Notes: generated from the sequence alone by a model not told the origin. Shown: positions 1 through 10,001, numbered from the stretch's first letter. The stretch: DNA of 32,000 nt from Delftia acidovorans NBRC 14950 (GCF_001598795.1 NZ_BCZP01000011.1:90001-122000), one strand, 5' to 3'. Made by a program: numbers and translations.

Positions 1-1018
1 CATCGCCCTGTTTCTCCTGGCCGCCTTGGCGGGACTGTATGTGAACGCAAGAGGCCTGCTGCGCCATGAAAATGCACTGGCGCGCATGCAAAGCGATGCA
101 CGCCTGAGCTTTGGCGTGATGGGCCAGGCGGTGCGCAATGCGGGCTTCACGGGCTGCAGCACGGCCTTGAGCAAGGTTCCCCCCTTCATCGCCGAGCCCC
201 TGAGGCTCGGGCGCCACTGGAATCTGTTGGACCCCATAGGCATCCGGCGCGGACAGGCACAGGATGGTTGGACCAGTTTCGCGGAAGATGTCCCTGCCCA
301 GGCCAGCGCCCGGTCGGACGTGCTCAGGACCGCGGGTACGGGCACGCACAAGAGCAGCCAGCAACTGAGCGACAACGATGTGGTCGTCGCGACCGATTGC
401 TCGCAGACCTACATTTCCCGCCGGGCGCTCCTGGATACCTGCATCAAGCCCCCGCCCGGATCGGGAATTTCCGGCTTCTCCCCGGACCGGGGCACCTGCG
501 GCCTGACGCCCCTCAAGCGCGACGCACGCGTGCTGCCCGCAATCAATGACCTGTTCTTCATCGGGCGGCTCAAGGACGGCAGCGCCACCGGCCTCATCCA
601 CTGCTCCAGCAGCCTGATCGATCCCAAGCCCGGTCACCGCAAAGCCAATGACCTGAGCTGCCGCATGCTGGCCGAAGGGGCCGTGGATCTCAAGATCGAG
701 TCCATACACGGCCAGCCCTCGGCCGCCGTGCAGCAAAAGGCGCCGGGCAACAGCGTATGGAACAACACCGGCTCCGGCCTGGCCGGCAGAGCGACGACGC
801 CGGGCCCGACTCCGCCGCCACCGCCTCCTGCCGTGCGCGCCGTGGAAGTGCGCCTTCTCATGGCCTCCGCGCCTGGCATGGGTGCGCTGCTGCACGCACC
901 CCAGAGCTACACCTTCTATCGCGACAGCAACGGCGCTCCCCAGCGCACCACCGCAGCCGATCGGCGGCTGTACCGTGAATTCAGCGCGGTCTTCACGCTG
1001 CGAAACCGGGTGGAATGA
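1..1018 (+). CDS. pilW: Type IV pilus minor pilin/assembly protein PilW, 5'-truncated by the window edge
   Basis: The same frame is open from base 2 (IALFLLAALAGLYV...) before the first ATG at 26, so the N-terminal prepilin segment lies outside the window. A hydrophobic helix tail is followed by ENALARMQSDARLSFGVMGQAVRNAGFTGC, which resembles PilW. The gene sits directly upstream of pilX-pilY1-pilE, and its stop overlaps the next start (ATGA at 1015-1018). Confidence 0.7.
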   Translation, partial: IALFLLAALAGLYVNARGLLRHENALARMQSDARLSFGVMGQAVRNAGFTGCSTALSKVPPFIAEPLRLGRHWNLLDPIGIRRGQAQDGWTSFAEDVPAQASARSDVLRTAGTGTHKSSQQLSDNDVVVATDCSQTYISRRALLDTCIKPPPGSGISGFSPDRGTCGLTPLKRDARVLPAINDLFFIGRLKDGSATGLIHCSSSLIDPKPGHRKANDLSCRMLAEGAVDLKIESIHGQPSAAVQQKAPGNSVWNNTGSGLAGRATTPGPTPPPPPPAVRAVEVRLLMASAPGMGALLHAPQSYTFYRDSNGAPQRTTAADRRLYREFSAVFTLRNRVE

Positions 1019-1578
1019 GCATGGCAAGGACACGGACACAAACACGGACACAGGGCGGCCTGGCGCTCATCACCACCATGATCATCATGATGGCCCTGGT
1101 GATGCTGTCGCTGGCCGCCATGAACATGGGCCTGCTGCAGGGCCGGTCCACGGGCAACCGCAACGACTGGCACATCGCCTTCCAGGCCGCCGAGGCCGCG
1201 CTGCGCGACGGAGAGCAGGACATCACCACCCGCAACCCGGCCCTGGAGGCCTTTGACGATGCCTGCACAGCGGGCCTGTGCCTGCCCAGGGAAGACGGCA
1301 GCTCGTGGTCCGAGGCGCTCATTGCCCAGGACACGCTGGGCGTGGCGCTGGGCACGCACACCGGGCAGACCGCCCCCGGCCCCCAGGGAGCACCGACACC
1401 GCGCTACCTCATCGAGCGGCTGGAGACCCCTGCTCAAAGCGTGGTCGTGCAGGGCTATGGCGCCGACCAGGGCCGCCCTCCCGTCTTTCGCGTGACGGCC
1501 ATCGGCATGGGAGCGGCCCGGCGCGCCGATGGCAGTCCGGCCTCGCGGGTGGTGCTGCAAAGCATGTACATCAATTGA
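1015..1578 (+). CDS. pilX: Type IV pilus assembly protein PilX
   Basis: The N-terminus QGGLALITTMIIMMALVMLSLAAMNMGLLQ is a PilX_N-type hydrophobic segment. It has an ATGA overlap with pilW and lies between pilW and pilY1, as in fimU-pilVWXY1E operons. Confidence 0.7.
   Translation: MSMARTRTQTRTQGGLALITTMIIMMALVMLSLAAMNMGLLQGRSTGNRNDWHIAFQAAEAALRDGEQDITTRNPALEAFDDACTAGLCLPREDGSSWSEALIAQDTLGVALGTHTGQTAPGPQGAPTPRYLIERLETPAQSVVVQGYGADQGRPPVFRVTAIGMGAARRADGSPASRVVLQSMYIN
1030..1053 (+). repeat. In-frame 12-nt tandem duplication (acacggacacaa / acacggacacag) encoding TRTQTRTQ in the PilX N-terminal leader
   Basis: Read directly from the sequence: 11 of 12 nt are identical between the two adjacent units. 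Confidence 0.8.
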
Positions 1579-1588
1579 AGGAAAGACC

Positions 1589-4500
1589 ATGCGCAAACTC
1601 CCTCTGCAAAAGCCCAGCACCCCCCTCTTGCCGGCGGCAGTGGCGATGCTGCTGCTCGCCTGCATGGTCGGCCCCCGCGCGCAGCAGCCGCCGCGCCCCG
1701 TGCCTCTGAACATCTCACAGGTGCCCCTGATGGCCACGCAGAACGCCACGCCCAACGTGCTGCTCATCATGGACAACTCCAACAGCATGGACGAGGCCCC
1801 GAACGGCTCCGCCGTCGGCAGCGACAGCAATGACAGCAAGTCCGAGATCGCCCGCGCCGCTGCCCGCACCATCATCGAACGCTACCAGGGGCGCATGAAC
1901 TTGGGCCTGATGGCCTACCAGCAGGAAGACGTCGTCCCGCGCAGCCTGAGCAACTCGCTATACGACGTCAGCTACGACCCCAACCACTTCGACCCGCAAT
2001 GGACGGGCACGCGCGCCAGCCCCACCCGCAAGCGCTTCAGGGTTCCCAACCCCAGCGACAACGGGCGTTTCATCTACTACAACGTGGCCTTGCCGTTCTA
2101 TGGTGGCGGCGACACCTCCAGCCACTGCTTTTCCGCCACGGCCAACGCCGGGCCCACGCCCGCCAATCCCGACGGCTTCCGCACCAACGAGACCGTCGAT
2201 GGCCCCTGGGACGTCTATTCATGCTTCAGCGACAAGACAGGCACTACCAACGCCACCAACACCACCGGCAATGCGGGATACAACAACTTCCAGGGCCGGG
2301 CAATGTTCAACCCCACCGACTCCGACTATGCCCAGGGCATCTACGACTTCGGCAGGCAGATGTTCGACACTCCCATAGGACAGGCCTGGTTCAGCGAAAG
2401 CTTTCCGGGCCGCGGCTTCCTGCACCAGCCCATCCGGCCGCTGGACGTCGCCCACAGGGCCGCTCTGGAACGCAAGCTCGCCACCTCGCAGTTTCTGCTT
2501 AACGCGCCCCGTGATCCCGCCCGGCCCCTGCAGAACGCGGGCAACACACCGCTTGAGGGGACGCTGCTGACGGCGCTGGACTACTTCCAGGGCGAGGAAC
2601 TTTGGCGCAATGCCGCAGAAGGCTATTTGCCCGCCTGCTATCCGCTGCCCCAGTCCTGCGGCCGCAACTTTGTGGTGCTGCTCACCGATGGCCTGCCCTC
2701 GACCCGGCCCGACGGCACCATCATCCAGGACATGGCGGCCGGCCTGCGCCAGACGGCAGAGGCCGCGCGGCGCCTCAGGCAAGAGGCCAACGTGGAGACC
2801 TTCGTCATCGGATTCGCCCTGCCCTTCGGCACCAATCCCGAGCAATTGAACGAGGTGGCCGCCGCCGGGGGCACGGAGCGCGCCTTCGCGGCCAACGACC
2901 CCGCGACCCTCGATACCGCCCTGCAGGCGATCTTCGCCGACATCGCCGCCCGCTCCTCCAGCGTGGCCGCCGTGGCGGCCAACTCCACCAACGTGTCCAG
3001 CAGCACCAGGATCTACCAGGCACGCTTCGATCCCCGCGACTGGAGCGGCACGCTGTCAGCGCACAGCATCACAGGCACTGCGGTGGCCGAACAGGCGCAG
3101 TGGGAGGCACGCATTCCTGCGACACGCCGCATCCTCAGCTACCGGCCCGACACGCGCCAAGGCGTGGCCTTTGCCTGGGATGAATTGAACCCCGAGCAGC
3201 AAAGGCAGATCGGAGCGCCCGACGTGCTGGCCTACCTGCGGGGCAGCCAGGCGCAGGAAGCGCCCCGTGGACCCCTGCGCAGGCGCACCAGCCTGCTGGG
3301 CGACATCGTCAACTCGGCCCCGGTGTATGTGGGCGCGCCCGAGATGCCCTACGCCGAGGCCTCCTACCGCGAATTCCGCAAGGCACGGGCCGATCGCCGC
3401 AAGATGGTCTACGTGGGAGCCAACGACGGCATGCTGCATGCTTTCGACGCGGACACGGGGCAGGAGCTCTTTGCCTATGTCCCCTCGACCGTGATCCCCC
3501 ACCTGCGCCAGCTGTCCGATCCGAACTACCGCCACCGCTTCTACGTGGACGGCTCGCCCATGGTGGCCGATGCCTTCATCGGCGGCCGGTGGCGCACCAT
3601 CCTCGTGGGGGGTCTGGGCGCAGGGGGCCAGGGCGTGTACGCGCTGGACATCACCGATCCCGATGCGATCACCGAAGCCGCCGCCAAGGACGTCGTGCTG
3701 TGGGAGTTCGGCGACCGCGACCGGCGCGCACCGGGCAGCAACCGACCGGCCGGTTTCGATATGGACATGGGCTTCAGCTTCGCGCAGCCTTCCATCGCCA
3801 GGACCCGAGCAGGCTGGATGGCCCTGTTCGGCAACGGCTACAACAATGTGGAAGCGGACGGCGCGGCCAGCGCCAGCGGCAATGCCGTGCTGTACGCCGT
3901 CAACCTGGAGACCGGCGCGCTGCACAGGAAATGGGACACTCGCCGAGGCGTGCAAGACAGCACGCGCAGGTGGCCCAATGGCCTGAGCACGCCGGCTGCC
4001 GTGGACCTGGATGACGACGGACTGGTGGACCGCGTCTATGCGGGAGACCTGCAGGGCAACATGTGGCGCTTCGACCTCATGGCCGCGAGCGGGGACGGGG
4101 GCGGGATCGTGCCGTCGGTCAACGGCACTCCTGCACCGATGAGCACCCCCTGGGGCGGCAGCTTCCACGGGCAGCCCATCACCACGCGGCCCGAGGCCAA
4201 GATCAGCCACGGCACGCTGCAATCGCACGTGCAGCTGCTGTACGGCACGGGCAAGAGCTTCGAGGTCGGCGACCATGACGCTGCGGCCCCGGCCTCCGCA
4301 TCCCAGTACTTCTTCAGCCTGCTGGACGAAGGCGCCGGGGGCTCCTCCGCAAGCCACAGCGTGCTGAAGGTCACCAGTGTCGACGCCGGCGCCGCCAACG
4401 GCGATGGCCGCACCACGCAGATGTCCCTGCGGCTGATCTCCGACGGCCGCCCCGGCAACAGGAACTGGATCATGCCCCTGGCCGACGCGGGCGAGCGCTT

Positions 4501-4900
4501 GATCACCCATCCCATGCTGCGCCGCGACCGCATCATCTTCACCACGGCCGTGCCCAGCACGCAGATGTGTACGGCAGGCGGCCATAGCTGGCTGATGGAA
4601 CTCTCGCTGGACGGCCAGGGCGCGGAGAAGTATGCCGACGGCCTGTTCGACATCAACGGCGACGGTACGGTGGACGGCAGCGACCGCTACGGCGACAACG
4701 ACCGCGCCACCGGGGGCGCGCGGCTGGAGGGCATCAGCTCGCAGCCCGCCATCCTGAACAACGGCAAGCAGGAAACCAAGGTCATGAACAGCACCGCAGG
4801 CCTGCAGTCGCTGGCCGAAAGCAAGGGGCCGCTGAGCAACAGGCGCATTTCCTGGCGCGAGGACACCCCGGCCGACATCCATCCGCTGGGCCTGGACTGA
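1589..4900 (+). CDS. pilY1: Type IV pilus tip-associated adhesin/biogenesis factor PilY1 (PilC family) with an N-terminal vWA-like domain
   Basis: The ATG at 1589 is preceded by gaaggaaag and follows the pilX stop; the ORF-track start at 1529 overlaps pilX. Signal peptide: [39 protein letters not shown]-like DNSNS lies at 1772-1786, with [10 protein letters not shown] later. The C-terminal PilY1 region has DLDDDGLVD (4004-4030), matching the D-x-D-x-D-G-x-x-D calcium site, and a second EF-hand-like [12 protein letters not shown] (4649-4684). Confidence 0.85.
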   Translation: MRKLPLQKPSTPLLPAAVAMLLLACMVGPRAQQPPRPVPLNISQVPLMATQNATPNVLLIMDNSNSMDEAPNGSAVGSDSNDSKSEIARAAARTIIERYQGRMNLGLMAYQQEDVVPRSLSNSLYDVSYDPNHFDPQWTGTRASPTRKRFRVPNPSDNGRFIYYNVALPFYGGGDTSSHCFSATANAGPTPANPDGFRTNETVDGPWDVYSCFSDKTGTTNATNTTGNAGYNNFQGRAMFNPTDSDYAQGIYDFGRQMFDTPIGQAWFSESFPGRGFLHQPIRPLDVAHRAALERKLATSQFLLNAPRDPARPLQNAGNTPLEGTLLTALDYFQGEELWRNAAEGYLPACYPLPQSCGRNFVVLLTDGLPSTRPDGTIIQDMAAGLRQTAEAARRLRQEANVETFVIGFALPFGTNPEQLNEVAAAGGTERAFAANDPATLDTALQAIFADIAARSSSVAAVAANSTNVSSSTRIYQARFDPRDWSGTLSAHSITGTAVAEQAQWEARIPATRRILSYRPDTRQGVAFAWDELNPEQQRQIGAPDVLAYLRGSQAQEAPRGPLRRRTSLLGDIVNSAPVYVGAPEMPYAEASYREFRKARADRRKMVYVGANDGMLHAFDADTGQELFAYVPSTVIPHLRQLSDPNYRHRFYVDGSPMVADAFIGGRWRTILVGGLGAGGQGVYALDITDPDAITEAAAKDVVLWEFGDRDRRAPGSNRPAGFDMDMGFSFAQPSIARTRAGWMALFGNGYNNVEADGAASASGNAVLYAVNLETGALHRKWDTRRGVQDSTRRWPNGLSTPAAVDLDDDGLVDRVYAGDLQGNMWRFDLMAASGDGGGIVPSVNGTPAPMSTPWGGSFHGQPITTRPEAKISHGTLQSHVQLLYGTGKSFEVGDHDAAAPASASQYFFSLLDEGAGGSSASHSVLKVTSVDAGAANGDGRTTQMSLRLISDGRPGNRNWIMPLADAGERLITHPMLRRDRIIFTTAVPSTQMCTAGGHSWLMELSLDGQGAEKYADGLFDINGDGTVDGSDRYGDNDRATGGARLEGISSQPAILNNGKQETKVMNSTAGLQSLAESKGPLSNRRISWREDTPADIHPLGLD

Positions 4901-4902
4901 CC

Positions 4903-5349
4903 ATGGGCATGCAGAACAACCCGTTGCCGACGCCCGGCCGCCGCCGGACGGCAGGCGGCTTCACCCTGATCGAGCTGATGGTGGTGGTGGCCGTGATCGG
5001 CATCCTGTCGGCCATCGCCTATCCCAGCTATGCCGAGTACCTGCGCAAGTCCCGCCGCACCGATGGCAGGCGCGCCTTGCTGGAGGCCGCAGGCGCCATG
5101 GAGAAGTACTTTTCCGCCAACCTGACCTACGAGGGTGCGACGCTGGGGGGCACCGGCGTCTATGCCAGCCGATCTCCCGACGGTTTCTACACACTGTCGC
5201 TGAGCCCTGACCCCACCGCATCGAGCTACACCCTCATTGCCTCGCCGCTGCGAAGCCAGCTCAGCGACAAATGCCATACCTTCACCTACGACCACCTGGG
5301 CGTGGGTGGGGTCCGCAATGGCACCCTGGCTGCACGCGATTGCTGGTAG
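4903..5349 (+). CDS. pilE: Type IV pilin-like protein PilE (minor pilin)
   Basis: It carries the prepilin cleavage/methylation motif GG|[24 protein letters not shown], followed by [11 protein letters not shown] as in PilE/FimT-type pilins. It starts 2 nt after the pilY1 stop. The C-terminal Cys pair (DKCH...RDCW) fits a pilin disulfide loop. Confidence 0.8.
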   Translation: MGMQNNPLPTPGRRRTAGGFTLIELMVVVAVIGILSAIAYPSYAEYLRKSRRTDGRRALLEAAGAMEKYFSANLTYEGATLGGTGVYASRSPDGFYTLSLSPDPTASSYTLIASPLRSQLSDKCHTFTYDHLGVGGVRNGTLAARDCW

Positions 5350-5379
5350 CAGCTGAGCAGCTTACCCAGGCAGCCGCGC

Positions 5380-5919
5380 TCAGGGTTCGCTGCCCGGCCC
5401 AGGGCTCGGGGCCGGCGCCCCGGGCCCGGCAGGCTCGGGCCGCTGTATGGTGCGCACGGCCGCACGCACGCGGGTGAGGGTGTGGAAGTCCAGCAGGCTG
5501 GTGGCCATGATGGTTTCCCAGAGAAAGCAGGCCAGGGCCGAGAGAAACATCAGCACGCCGAACAGAAAGCCCAGCACCGCATAGCCATGGCCGTTGATGC
5601 CGTAGGCCTCGCCCAGGAACAGCAGGGCAATGGTCAGGCCGATGCAAAAGCCGCAGACGGTCAGCAGCCCTATGCAGACATTGGCCAGCCGGCCGCGCTT
5701 GCGCAGAAAGTGCAGTTCCGTGAGGCTGCGCGCGATGAAGTCCTCTTCCTGCGGGTTGCGCAGCAGTTCTTCCAGCTTGCGCGCGCGGTCGATGATGCGG
5801 GCCAGCCGCCCGGCCACGGCGCCGATCATGCCGGCCACGGCCGTCAGGAAGAACACCGGCGCCAGCGCCAGCTGGATGCTGTGGGTGACGGTATCGGCGT
5901 CTAGCGACCAATTGATCAT
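5380..5919 (-). CDS. DUF2721 domain-containing membrane protein
   Basis: The start was trimmed to the ATG at 5919 (MINWSLDADTV...), which is preceded on the minus strand by agagga. There are three hydrophobic segments with a charged linker (RIIDRARKLEELLRNPQEE), typical of DUF2721. The track's 5' extension is Ala/Pro/Arg-rich and was rejected. Confidence 0.6.
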   Translation of the reverse strand: MINWSLDADTVTHSIQLALAPVFFLTAVAGMIGAVAGRLARIIDRARKLEELLRNPQEEDFIARSLTELHFLRKRGRLANVCIGLLTVCGFCIGLTIALLFLGEAYGINGHGYAVLGFLFGVLMFLSALACFLWETIMATSLLDFHTLTRVRAAVRTIQRPEPAGPGAPAPSPGPGSEP

Positions 5920-6035
5920 GCGGTCCTCTGCGTGCTTTCTGTTGTCTGGTGCGGCCATGCTGACGTGTTTTCGCGCGGACAGTATTGTGGCCGCAAGCGG
6001 GGCCGGCAAGAGGCCATGTCGCCAGCTTTTGGCAT

Positions 6036-7025
6036 TCAGCGGGCCGGTGGCGCTGGCAGCATCTGCCGGCACAGCGACAGCATCTCGGTCAGCAGGGCAG
6101 GCGCCTGGTCGCGCCGGCAGACCACGCCCAGGGGCGCCAACCTGCCCGTCAGCCGCACATCGAGCCGGCACACGCGCGCATGGGTCTGCAGGCCCGGCGC
6201 AATGCTCAGTGGCACCAGGGCCACGGCGCCGGGCTGGCTCAACAGGCCCTCCAGTATCGGCAGAGAAACGGTGGAGACGGGAAACCAGGGCGCATCGGGC
6301 AGCGCCTGGAGCACCTCGGCCTCGAAAATCCCGCGCACGGCGATGTTGGCCGTGGGCAGCACCCAGCGCGCGCCGGTCAACGCCTGCAGCGGTACGTCAC
6401 GGCGCCCGGCCAGTGCATGCGAGCGTGCGGCCACCACCACGGCCGTGTCGGCCAGCAGCGGCTCGAAGACGAAGGCGCCGGGCAGCAGCGCCGGCTCGCG
6501 GCAGAACACCGCATCCAGCCCGCCGCCCAGCAGCTGCGACAGCAGCCGGGTGCTGGCGTCTTCGTGCACATCGACATGCACCTCGGGGTGCTCGGCATAA
6601 AACCGCGCCAGCAGGGGCGAGAGAATGGCCAGGGCTGCCGCCGGAATGGCGCCCAGGCGCAGCGCGGCCGCGGCGCCCCGGCGAATGGCAGCCAGCGATT
6701 CCGCCACCTCCTCCAGTGCGGCCAGCACGCCGCGCACCGTGTCCACCAGGGTCTGGCCGGCCAGCGTGGGGCGTATGCCGCGCGCATGGCGCTCGAACAG
6801 GCGGATGTCCAGCACGCGCTCCATCTCGGCCAGCGCCTGGGTGGCGGCCGACTGGCTCATGTGCAGCGTGGCGGCGGCCTGCACCACCGAGCCGCATTGC
6901 TGCAGCGCCACCAGCAGCTGCAGCTGGCGCAGGCGCACATGCTTGGTCAGGCGCGAATACAGCAGCCGCCCCTGGGGCGTGGCCGCATCGTCCAGGCCGT
7001 CGCGGTCATCGAAGTCATTGCTCAT
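6036..7025 (-). CDS. LysR-family transcriptional regulator
   Basis: N-terminal wHTH: LRQLQLLVALQQCGSVVQAAATLHMSQSAATQALAEMERVLDIRLFERHARGIRPTLAG. A C-terminal LysR substrate-binding fold follows. It is divergent from the Bug/M20 operon. The start was set at the ATG at 7025 (MSNDFDD). Confidence 0.85.
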   Translation of the reverse strand: MSNDFDDRDGLDDAATPQGRLLYSRLTKHVRLRQLQLLVALQQCGSVVQAAATLHMSQSAATQALAEMERVLDIRLFERHARGIRPTLAGQTLVDTVRGVLAALEEVAESLAAIRRGAAAALRLGAIPAAALAILSPLLARFYAEHPEVHVDVHEDASTRLLSQLLGGGLDAVFCREPALLPGAFVFEPLLADTAVVVAARSHALAGRRDVPLQALTGARWVLPTANIAVRGIFEAEVLQALPDAPWFPVSTVSLPILEGLLSQPGAVALVPLSIAPGLQTHARVCRLDVRLTGRLAPLGVVCRRDQAPALLTEMLSLCRQMLPAPPAR

Positions 7026-7080
7026 GGAAGTCTCAGTGTTTTCCCCAGGCAGGCCCTGGCGCGCCACAGGCGGCGCAGGG

Positions 7081-7107
7081 CAAGCTATCGGAACGGCTTA
7101 TAGCTTG
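7081..7107. promoter_or_regulatory. Candidate LysR recognition site: perfect dyad CAAGCTAT-N11-ATAGCTTG containing a T-N11-A core
   Basis: Read directly: the 8-bp arms at 7081-7088 and 7100-7107 are exact reverse complements. The site lies in the divergent region between the LysR gene (start 7025) and the Bug gene (start 7216). A further CTATAG half-site-like element lies near 7144. Confidence 0.45.
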
Positions 7108-7215
7108 GCACAAATACCGTGGCCCACGCGGGCGGCAGGATTTCTATAGTCGCCTGCATCGGGAGCCGGCGCGGCCCAGGCCTGCGGCTCCTTCACCGTT
7201 GATGGAACCCATGCC

Positions 7216-8244
7216 ATGCAAGCCAAACCCCTCTTTCAGCTGCCGCGGCGCACCGTGCTCTCGCTGGGCACGTCCGGTCTTGCCGCCGTGTTGTGCGGCC
7301 TCACCCTCGCCCACACGGCCTCCACGGCCCATGCGGCCGACGCCTATCCGAACAAGCCGGTCAAGCTCATCGTGCCGTTTGCGGCAGGCGGCTCCACCGA
7401 CATCGTTGCGCGCGTGATCGCAGAGGGCCTGCGCAGCACGCTGGGCCAGCCCGTGGTGGTGGACAACAAGGCCGGCGCTGGCGGCCTGATCGGCACCGAA
7501 AGCATGGCCCAGGCCGCGCCTGACGGCTACACCATCGGCATGGCCACGGTGAGCACGGCCACCATCAATCCCTCGCTGTACACGCGCGCCGCCAAGCTGG
7601 AAGGCAGGCTTTTGCCCGTGGCCAACCTGGTGACCATGCCGTCGGTCTACATGGTCCACCCCAAGATGGGCGTCAAGGATTTCCCGGGCTTTCTGGCCAG
7701 GCTGCGCGCCCAGCCCGGCGCCTACAGCGCGGGCGTGCCGGGCCTGGGCACGCTGGGCCATCTGATGGTGGCGTCCTTCAACGAGACCATGAAGACCCAG
7801 GTGCAGATCGTGCCCTACCGCGGCAACGGGCCGGCGCTCAACGATGCGCTGGCCGGCATGGTGCAGGTGATGACCGACCAGCTGCCTTCGGCCATGCCCC
7901 AGATCAAGGGCGGCAAGCTCATCCCCGTGGCGCTGTCGGGCGACAGCCGCTCGCCCGACCTGCCCGATGTGCCCACCTTCAAGGAGCTGGGCTACGCGCA
8001 GCTCAACGAACTGGGCATCAGCTGGTTCGGGCTGGTCGTGCCGGCCGGCACGCCACCGGCCATCGTCCGGCAGTTGCAGGATGCGTCGGTGAAGGCCGTG
8101 CGCCTGCCCGAGGTGCAAAAGCACCTGAAGCTGCTGGGCGCCTCGGTCACCGAGATGGACCAGGCCCGCTTCCCGGCCCAGATCGCCAGCGAACTGCAGC
8201 GCAACAAGGCGCTGCTGGACAAGGCAGGAGTGAAGCCGGAATGA
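7216..8244 (+). CDS. Bug-family (TctC-like) tripartite tricarboxylate transporter substrate-binding protein
   Basis: Signal peptide ending [30 protein letters not shown], followed by [10 protein letters not shown]. These are hallmark Bug/TctC motifs. Confidence 0.85.
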   Translation: MQAKPLFQLPRRTVLSLGTSGLAAVLCGLTLAHTASTAHAADAYPNKPVKLIVPFAAGGSTDIVARVIAEGLRSTLGQPVVVDNKAGAGGLIGTESMAQAAPDGYTIGMATVSTATINPSLYTRAAKLEGRLLPVANLVTMPSVYMVHPKMGVKDFPGFLARLRAQPGAYSAGVPGLGTLGHLMVASFNETMKTQVQIVPYRGNGPALNDALAGMVQVMTDQLPSAMPQIKGGKLIPVALSGDSRSPDLPDVPTFKELGYAQLNELGISWFGLVVPAGTPPAIVRQLQDASVKAVRLPEVQKHLKLLGASVTEMDQARFPAQIASELQRNKALLDKAGVKPE

Positions 8245-9668
8245 GCGCAGTCGAGCATCTCCAGGACTTCTTCCAGCAGCAGTCCCCGCGCATGGCGGCC
8301 CTGGCCGACAGCATCTGGTCCCTGGCCGAACTGCGCTATGCCGAAACCGCTTCTGCCCGGCTGCACATCGATGCGCTGGAGCAGGCGGGCTTTCGCATCA
8401 CGCGCGGCGTGGCCGGCATTCCCACGGCCTTCCTGGCCGAATGGGGCGACGAGGGCCCGGTGCTGGCCTTCCTGGGCGAGTACGACGCGCTGTCGGGCCT
8501 GAACCAGCAAAGCGGCGCCCTGGTCTGCACGCCTTCCACCGACAGCCCCGGCCTGGCGGGCCACGGCTGCGGCCACCATCTGCTGGGCACCTCGGCGCAT
8601 TTCGCGGCCGTTGCGCTGCAGGAGCACCTGCGCCGCAGCGGCGCCAAGGCACGCGTGCGCTACTACGGCTGCCCGGCCGAGGAAGGCGGATCGGGCAAGA
8701 CCTTCATGGCGCGCGCCGGGGTCTTCGACGATGTGGACGCGGCGCTGACCTGGCACCCGGCCAGCTTCACCGGCGTGTTCAGCCAGAGCACGCTGGCCAA
8801 CATCCAGGCGAAATTCATCTTCCACGGCAAGGCCGCGCATGCCGCGCATTCCCCGCACCTGGGCCGCAGCGCGCTCGACGCCGTGGAGCTGATGAACGTG
8901 GGCGTGAACTACCTGCGCGAGCACATGCCCACCGATGCGCGGGTGCACTACGCCATCACCGACTCGGGCGGCCTGTCGCCCAACGTGGTGCAGGCGCGCG
9001 CCGAGGTGCTCTACCTGGTGCGCGCCGCGCGCAACCACGAGGCAGCAGCGCTGTACGAGCGCGTGCAGAACGTGGCACGCGGCGCCGCGCTGATGACGGA
9101 TTGCCGGCTGGAGATCGTCTTTGACAAGGCATGCTCCAACCTGCTGCAAAACCGCACGCTGAACCAGGTGATGTATGCGCAGATGCAGGCCCTGGGCCCG
9201 CTGCACGTGGACCCCGGCCTGCATCGCCTGGCCGGAGACTTCCAGGCCACGCTGGACAGCAACGACGTGGACCAGGTCAGCCGCCCGTTGGCCAGCGTGC
9301 TGCGCGGCAAGGTGCCGGCGGTGTTCGAAGGCCTGGCGCCCTACGATCCTGCCGTGGAGGACACCCTGTTCGGCTCCACCGACGTGGCCGATGTGAGCTG
9401 GATCACGCCCACCGTCCAGGCCTGGGTGGCCTGCTACGCCTTCGGCACGCCGCTGCATTCCTGGCAGATGGTCTCGCAAGGCCAGTCCGGCCTGGCCCAC
9501 GCAGGCATGGTGCGCGCCGCCCAGGTGCTGGCGGCCACGGCCATCGACTTGCTGGAGCAGCCCGAACGCATTGCCCAGGCCAAGGCGGAGCTGCTTGAGC
9601 GCCGCGGCGGCCGACCCTATGCGTGCCCGATTCCTGCGGAGGTGCCCTTGCCGTTCATGCGGGGGTGA
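8241..9668 (+). CDS. M20-family amidohydrolase, p-aminobenzoyl-glutamate hydrolase subunit B (AbgB)-like
   Basis: [45 protein letters not shown] and the metal-ligand region [10 protein letters not shown] are typical of AbgB-type M20 peptidases. An ATGA start/stop overlap with the Bug gene (8241-8244) implies translational coupling. Confidence 0.8.
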   Translation: MSAVEHLQDFFQQQSPRMAALADSIWSLAELRYAETASARLHIDALEQAGFRITRGVAGIPTAFLAEWGDEGPVLAFLGEYDALSGLNQQSGALVCTPSTDSPGLAGHGCGHHLLGTSAHFAAVALQEHLRRSGAKARVRYYGCPAEEGGSGKTFMARAGVFDDVDAALTWHPASFTGVFSQSTLANIQAKFIFHGKAAHAAHSPHLGRSALDAVELMNVGVNYLREHMPTDARVHYAITDSGGLSPNVVQARAEVLYLVRAARNHEAAALYERVQNVARGAALMTDCRLEIVFDKACSNLLQNRTLNQVMYAQMQALGPLHVDPGLHRLAGDFQATLDSNDVDQVSRPLASVLRGKVPAVFEGLAPYDPAVEDTLFGSTDVADVSWITPTVQAWVACYAFGTPLHSWQMVSQGQSGLAHAGMVRAAQVLAATAIDLLEQPERIAQAKAELLERRGGRPYACPIPAEVPLPFMRG

Positions 9669-9857
9669 TGGGCCTAGCTCGCCCTGGATGATGGACTACT
9701 ACCCCATGCCCAGTTCCCGGGCTTGCCCGGGCTTGCCCCTTTGCGCTGCCGCAAACCCACCCCGCCGCCGCGTTGACCCATCACAAGCCCTCCGCGCCAG
9801 GCCACGGCGATAGTTGGATCGGGACCCCACCGATACCAACAAACCACAGGAGGACTT

Positions 9858-10001
9858 GTGAAGCTGATGATTGATCTTTTTTCCACCGACTACGGCCTGA
9901 TGAGCCTGGGCGCCATCGTCTTCATGCTGATCATGGCGGGCTTTTTCCTGCGCCTGTTCCTGGGCAAGATGAAGCACGTGGCCAACAAGCCGCTTGAATG
10001 A
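9858..10001 (+). CDS. Small membrane protein, DUF3149-like (47 aa from GTG 9858, or 44 aa from ATG 9867)
   Basis: It is below the 60-aa cutoff, so it is not in the ORF track. AGGAGG at 9849-9854 sits just upstream. Translation: (V)KLMIDLFSTDYGLMSLGAIVFMLIMAGFFLRLFLGKMKHVANKPLE, a single TM helix with the FSTDYGLMSL motif I associate with DUF3149. A strong hairpin follows. Confidence 0.5.
   Translation: MKLMIDLFSTDYGLMSLGAIVFMLIMAGFFLRLFLGKMKHVANKPLE

Noticed and set aside
3056-4882. 608-aa ORF antisense to pilY1
   Set aside because: Its composition is dominated by Ala/Gly/Arg/Val/His runs and it has no recognisable motif. It lies fully inside a gene with strong family signatures. This is a typical stop-codon-poor antisense frame of high-G+C DNA.
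5971-5999. Possible sigma-70 promoter for the DUF2721 gene (minus strand TTGCCG-17 nt-AATACT)
   Set aside because: Only 4/6 matches in each hexamer. Such matches arise by chance, and it is unsupported without transcript mapping.
5630-7417. 595-aa plus-strand ORF spanning the DUF2721, LysR and Bug loci
   Set aside because: It is extremely Arg/Pro/Ala-rich and low-complexity. It overlaps three well-supported genes on both strands, so I treat it as an artefact.
9716-9738. Direct repeat cccgggcttg x2 in the M20-DUF3149 spacer
   Set aside because: It is only two short GC-rich units with no matching copy elsewhere in the window, so I saw no functional inference to draw.
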